The notes under the pieces: generated by a model | Database searches by the model: none | Told to the model about the DNA's origin: nothing | Seen by the model: the letters and a program-made list of their open reading frames with translations, nothing else | Part shown: one piece after another, positions 56,438 through 64,000 of the stretch | How the letters are laid out: every line of letters starts with the position of its first letter | Position numbering within the stretch: the first letter of the stretch is position 1 | Assembly: GCA_964016885.1 (NCBI GenBank) | Contig: OZ024745.1 | Span: 34,720,001-34,784,000, forward strand | Reading direction: 5' to 3' | Origin: Eledone cirrhosa | Taxonomy: Eukaryota | DNA length: 64,000 bases | Position numbers and translations under genes: made by a program

Positions 56438-56760
56438 GCTATAATAAAATGCACACAGAGCACTCTATAAATGGTAGTGTTGGTGTCACAATAAAATCCA
56501 CCCAGTGCTCTCTGCATGTGGTAGTGCTACTGCTACAATAAAATGCACTCATTATACTCTGTAGGGTGGTTGTGCTGGTGCCATGAGAAAACAGACCCAG
56601 TGCACTCTGTAAAGTGGTTGTCTTTGAGAAAGACTTCCAGTTGTAGAAACTATAAGTATGAGTTAGACGTGATTTCCCAATCCATCTAGTCTTGGAATGT
56701 GACAACCCATACAACCATTGCCAGTGAGGGAAATGGACATAATTTGATGATAATGATGGC
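56438..56760 (+). mobile_element. RTE-tail element with a tandemly expanded ~40-bp unit
   Basis: ataaaatgcacccagt.c.ctctgtaaagtggt repeated about 4 times before the ...ccagttgtagaaac tail. Similar at 40870-41170 and 63400-63655. Confidence 0.6.
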
Positions 56761-59499
56761 ATAAAATAAGTTTTCAATACTTACAGTGTGTACTGGGTGT
56801 ATTTTGTCACCAACACTGGAGAGGTATCCAAATCATACTTTGATATGAGAAGAATCCAGTTTCTCTTGAAGGTTTTTTAAATACTTAATTACTTTATATT
56901 TTAATTTGTTGGTTGTTTTCAAAATATATAATTAAACTATGAAAGAATTATAAGATAGTATACACTTATAAGGCTCTATCTATCCATCCATAGGCTCTTA
57001 ACTCTTGATGGAGCCATCATGAGCATTTTAAACCTGTTGGAGCTCATCCATTTCCTGTTCTAAACTTAATTGAGTTCTTCAAGAGTGAGAGAAAGAAAAT
57101 GAGAAAGAGAGATATAGGAAGAATTAAATCCAGTATTAAGTTAATACTTTATTTAGTGCCCATGAAGGGTGAGAAAAAAATTCACTTTGACAGGATTTGA
57201 TCTCTGGATGCTGATAGTTAGGACGTGTACTATAAATTATTCTATTTGATTCTGGTAATTTGCTGTCTTACTTATAACTTGATAGAAGATTCACACAGTA
57301 TAAAGGCTGTAATATTTATTTATGTTTAATAGTTAGTGTTTTCTGATAGTTATATACTTAAGTATTAGCCAGGGAACAAGGATTTGGTTCCTATCTTTTA
57401 CTTGTTATTATATTTCTTCATTTTTTTTTCCTGTTTGTTTACATGTTCTCATTTAACATAAACTAACATATTTGGAGAATCCTTGCTCAATGATAAATTA
57501 CTTGTTTCATATGTGTATCATAAACTATAAAACTGAATTTATATCAAAGAAAATGGGTAAATGGTGTATATCATAAGGTTACATAGTTAACATGAGAGGG
57601 AGTAAATCTAGAAATAGATGTTGATGCTGAATATATAATTGATGTGGACCAGAAAAATTGCATGCAATATTCTTGGACATTAATAGAAAAAATTGTAGCT
57701 TTGATATTTTATATCTAACACATATATTATGTGATATATGCAAATATATTCTTTTGAAAACCTTAACTCAATTACCAATGAGATATTTTATTACCTTCTT
57801 TTCTAAATCTAAATTATGTATTCTTTAAATTAGACATTTGATCATACAAAATATTCAATGATTTTCATAATTTGATTCATATATATGCATTTCTATTTAA
57901 ATAGTCCTGTTTTTACCCAATTCTCAAGATTATTATTGAAGAAATAGTTATGGCTGTGTGGTTGCTGAAATATTGACATCATGATCTCTGGATTTTAAGT
58001 TGATATTATTTCAATAGCATTTTTACTATACAGTTGTATAAATCTACATGGGAATTTAGTCTGCCTAACAAGATACTAATTACCAAGCCATGATGAATTT
58101 AAACTGTTTTTATCAAGTTGGCATTATGGAAGTCATAGATAAACTTATGAATATAATGAATCAGCTGAGCTCATTAGCAGTTTGATTTGCTATGTATTTT
58201 CTAGCATCCATAAATTTAGGTACAAATCATAAAACTCCACTTGAAATTCAAAATATTTTGATTTAATCCATATAATGAAAAAACAATTTTGAGTAGAATA
58301 AAAAAAGTAATATTATAACTAAACATCAGAACCATAAATCATTGGAATGATTCTATCAACCTTTCCCATTTTAAAAAATCTAAAGAAATCTTTTTTGTTT
58401 TTACCTAAATTTTTACCTAAAATATTAGATTAGTAAATTTTTTATATTTATGTATAATATTTTGTAGGATTAAAATTTGTTAATAAAATAAATTCTTAAA
58501 TTTTTTTTGTAATTAAATATACTTCTAGTGGATCAAATGCTTTGTCCAAAAAATAGAAGCTATTTTGGTGTAATATTATGAGTTAAAATTTAACAACTCT
58601 TTTTGAAGTAAGTTTTCGTTTTTGTATGGAAAAGAAGATATCTTCAAATGATATATTAAAAATTGAAGCAAACACACTGTTCCAATAGCAGTGAGTAGGG
58701 ATGAGGTCTGGGATCCAATAATGCCAGAAGCTTCTACTGCTACAGGCTCTACCACAAACCTATCAGAGAGTAGCTTATACTTGGACAGTTTGCCCTCTTC
58801 AACCTAGCAGGCAGCAGAGCCTGAGCTGGTAGCCAAACACAACAGGTTACCACTAGATAAGGTGTCACCACAACTCCTTTTGAAGTGTGATTGGGCATTT
58901 GTAAGGAAAACAGAGAAAGTAAGGAATATCTTAAAATAAATTTTAAAAATTGAAGATACACAAGAAGATTTTTTAATCAATTTTTCCATTACAAATTGCT
59001 TAACATGAAATTGGTAGTAGAAAATTATGTCCAGTAAATGATTAATTCACAATCAAAAGTAAAGCTAAAATAATGAAAATGTGCCTTCATAGAAGGTTCT
59101 GTAATGTGGAATAATCACTACATCATTGAAGATGACATTGTTCACTTACTGTAAATAAGAACTAATTTCCAATATTGTCAGAACATCAAGGAATATGTTA
59201 TATATGGTATAAAATATTAAGCACTAACCCCTACGGTCAATAATAAACATAAAAAACATCCACATCAATAGAAATATATGTGAAAGCTATATAGGTTTTC
59301 TTTTTGTTAAAATCAATTTATATATACTGGTGGGAATATATAATGTATGAGTGTATAAAGCATTTGAACATTGACTGGTATTAGCCAACACCTCGAAGCC
59401 ACTATCAACTTTTTCTACTGAAACAATATATATATATATATATACACACCTAATTAATGTACACTACTATATATATATACATACATAAGTAATGTTCAC

Positions 59500-59544
<45 letters not shown>

Positions 59545-59550
59545 CATACA

Positions 59551-60780
59551 TAATTAATGTACACTACAAAGAATTCAAATAACTCATAATTAATAGGATG
59601 TGTATTTCAATTACTAGATCTAGTCATCTCATTGGCTTTCAATTTTGAAGAACATGGCTGCTTCTGGTTGAGAACAAAATACTTCTGATTAGTAAGGGGG
59701 AGAAAGATTTAGAGATTGGTGGAATATTTAATTATGTAAGAGCAGTAAGTTAATATTAAGGAGGGGATGTAGCTTAATAAAAGTATAGTTAAGGAGGGGA
59801 AGTAACTTAATAATGTAATTAAGAATTAAAATTCAAAAATTGTTGCAAGACTTATAAAAGGATTATTTTTGTGGTGGTTAATGGTTAACTAAAACGAGGA
59901 GGTAGGTTAATATATTTAAGAAAGCGAGATAACTTAATGTTAACATAATTAAAAGTTAGTAGCAGTTTTAAAGAAAGAGGAGATATAAAAACTTAATGTC
60001 AAATTATCGTTTTTTCCGGTAACCAATTGGTAGTTTCAATCTGGTCTAGATCAGTTTTTTACAATTAATTTAGATTCATGTGGACAGTGAATGAAGAATT
60101 TGTGTATTTAGGCGTTTCTTATTAGAAGCTAGTCTTTAAAATATTCCATATGTCATTTGTGCTGATGTAATATCAGCATGACCTGTTTATGTGAGGTCTT
60201 CATTTATTTAGGATTTTCATTGAGACTCTATTAAGAAATGCCTAAATAACCACCTTGAATTCTCATTCACTGTCCACCTGATTCTAAATTCATTCTAAAA
60301 ATCTGGTTTAGACCAGTTTGAAACTATCTATTGATTAAAACAAAGCACTCAATTAATATTAAGTTTTTAAATTTCCTCTTCATTTAAAACTTCTACTAAC
60401 TTTTAATTATATTAACATTAAATTACCTCCCTTTATTAATTATATTCATATACTACGTTACCACCCTTTATTCTTGCTACTATTTAAAAAAATGTATTTC
60501 TATTACAATATTATTATTAAGTTACCTCCCCTCCTTAATTATAATCTTATTAAGTTACCCGCTCCCTTTTAATATTATCTTACTACCCTTACATAATTAA
60601 CTTTACCTCCTATCTCTAAATTTCTCATCCCCTTACTAGGACTATTTTGTTCTCAATCTGAAGCAGCTATGTTCTTCATAATGAAAAGCAGATGAGCTGG
60701 CTAAATCTAGTCATTGAAACATGCGTCCTATTAATTATAAGTTCTTTGTATTCTTTGTAGTGTAAATTGATTATATATAT
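59551..60780. mobile_element. 1.2-kb diverged palindrome with degenerate HHRs near both outer ends (PLE-derived, inferred)
   Basis: Centre tgctgatgtaatatcagca at ~60160-60178; arms align throughout (e.g. gtggacagtgaatga/tcattcactgtccac). Right end reads CAGATGA(60689-95)-gctggctaaatctagtcatt-GAAA-catgcg-TC. (TA)n lies on both sides. Confidence 0.8.
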
Positions 60781-60837
60781 TATAATTCATCTACAGACTT
60801 GAGCTGCTCTAAAATTTTGGATATTTCCACCAACTAC

Positions 60838-61960
<1,123 letters not shown>

Positions 61961-64000
61961 CATAAAAGGCAACTAAAATTATTGGTGCCAAGAAAGGCAA
62001 CCTCTGGTAAAACCCTGACAAAAACCTCACTCCATAAGGCCTACAAGGCAAGCCTATGCTTTAACGGGAAATGACCTTAAAATGTTTGTTGTATAGTATC
62101 AGTTCAGATCTGGTCTGATGTGGCACATGGTGTTTCAGGCAATTCTGTTTTAGAACATTTACATATTGTTACTTGCACAATGTTCACACTTTGAGTAATA
62201 AAATTACAATCATCAACATTTTTGCATTCAACAAATGTTGCTGGTAGACTTAATTAAACCATTACTTACTTGAATACCACCACCTGGCCGATGGGTGCCT
62301 TTAGCATCATTCACTCTTTTGCAAACAGGCAAACCAGGTCTTTAATTTGCAGATACCTTCTTCCTTCTATCTTTGCAGTCTCAGACTCCCTGAAAAATGT
62401 TATGAGAACTGCCCTTCCCTATTGACTAGACAATAGAATAAATGAAAAATAATAATTTTGTTGTGAAATAATTTAGCTGTGGGTAAGGTTTACTTAGTAT
62501 AGTTTCATTCTATTAATATAGCCAACAATTATTTTATAGTAATTAAATAAGTCATTATTGATTTCACATCGCCAAGAAGAATATGCTCTATAGTTTCAGT
62601 TTCTTCTATAGCTACAACTAAAAAGATTCTGTTTACCTATCTCGATGTTGTTTTGCTTCAGTTCTTCACTAGTGTTGTTGATGTTACCTTGTCCAGCATT
62701 GCCTGTTGTTTGTAACAAGTCATTGCAAAGTGAATTTAAGTTGGAGACAAATATTACTTCGACCTTGAATAAAAAGTTTCTTCGATGATTGTGATCAGAA
62801 CAATAAACAGTTATTTAACACAGCTGATATTTGTGGTATTAATGTTAGAGATAGTATTCATCACAAATTCAATGATTTTCTCATACACAAAGTCTGTAAC
62901 TGCTCACACTGAATGTATATGTATGTATGTATGATTCAGTAATGAAATACAGGAATGAAACACATTATGTATGTATCTGTATGTGCATGCATTTTCATAC
63001 ACAATTGTAAATTTTTCATACACAAGTGTAAATTTTATTACATGAAAATGTGGGTGAATGAAAACCACTTTTCTACAGTCTTTTTTGTGGACACCATGCT
63101 GGTCACCACTTCATTGTTTATATTTACAAATACTGACTGCCACTGTTCAATGTCATTAAGTGTGAGGTGATACTTTAACTCAGATTTCAGTTATTAAAAT
63201 AGTCATTGGTATTCAGCAGTGTATCTTAGTGGATATCAGTAAAAAATATATCAAATAATGAAAGGCTCTAATTTTCAATAAAATTAATGCAGTTTTTCTT
63301 TTTGTATGTTATTAAAACATAAGGCTATTTTAAGTATAGAATCATAATCCAATGTACTTAATATTGACCTAAGAATATTTAATATTAACTTTAGAATCTG
63401 TAAAATTGTAGTGTAGATGCCTTGATAACATTCACCAGTCCACTCTGTAAGGTTATAGTCCTGGTATAATGATGAAATAACCCAATACACCCTGTAAAGT
63501 GGTTGGAATTATGAAGGGCATCCAGCCATAGAAACCATGCTAATATGAAACATATGAGCAAGATGTGGGGATCGGTTCTTTCTAGTCTCAAACCTAATAA
63601 ACCTACCATTTACACATGTGGATAATGGACATAAAATGATAATGATGATGATGGCATATAAATAATTCTGTGGTTGGTCAAATTTAAACATTTCCTCAGG
63701 AGTTTTCAGCAGCCTGAACCTCCAGCTGTAGTAACTTGTTATACTTGCCAGAATCTATTTATAACCTATATTAATGGGCTGAATGTTTAAGCTTGAGGGC
63801 CATAAAATGTATGTCCACTGCTGCACCACTGCTCAAAGCTGATTTTTATTGAGAACAAAAACTGTAATATCAAATAAGATTGAATCAATTTTGTATCCAA
63901 ATTAAATGCATGTATTATTAATGTTTTGTGACCATAATGTTCTACATGGAAGATTGACTTGCGAAAAATTGCAACCAAATCTCCCTCAAAATTATACCTT

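Overview
Eukaryotic, very AT-rich, repeat-dense DNA. The repeat repertoire (tRNA-headed SINEs, RTE LINEs with (GAT)n tails, TTAA-flanked MITEs, huge (TA)n tracts) suggests an octopus/cephalopod genome (inference). The only host coding sequence I can support is one 98-bp internal exon (45754-45851, +) encoding the S4 voltage sensor of an HCN/Ih channel, so most or all of the window is probably intron. Nearly all long ORFs in the track are microsatellite artefacts. The main hidden signal is about a dozen type I hammerhead-ribozyme (HHR) motifs, read by eye, from several unrelated families. Most lie inside fold-back (palindromic) or tandem-plus-inverted elements inserted in or beside (TA)n tracts, and some lie downstream of decayed GIY-YIG-like remnants, which points to Penelope-like elements (PLEs). 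Two HHRs carry a compensatory U3-A8 core, and one family shows stem III covariation between copies. One compact, intact HHR lies on the HCN sense strand about 6.5 kb upstream of the exon. All structures were paired by hand; no folding or database searches were run.
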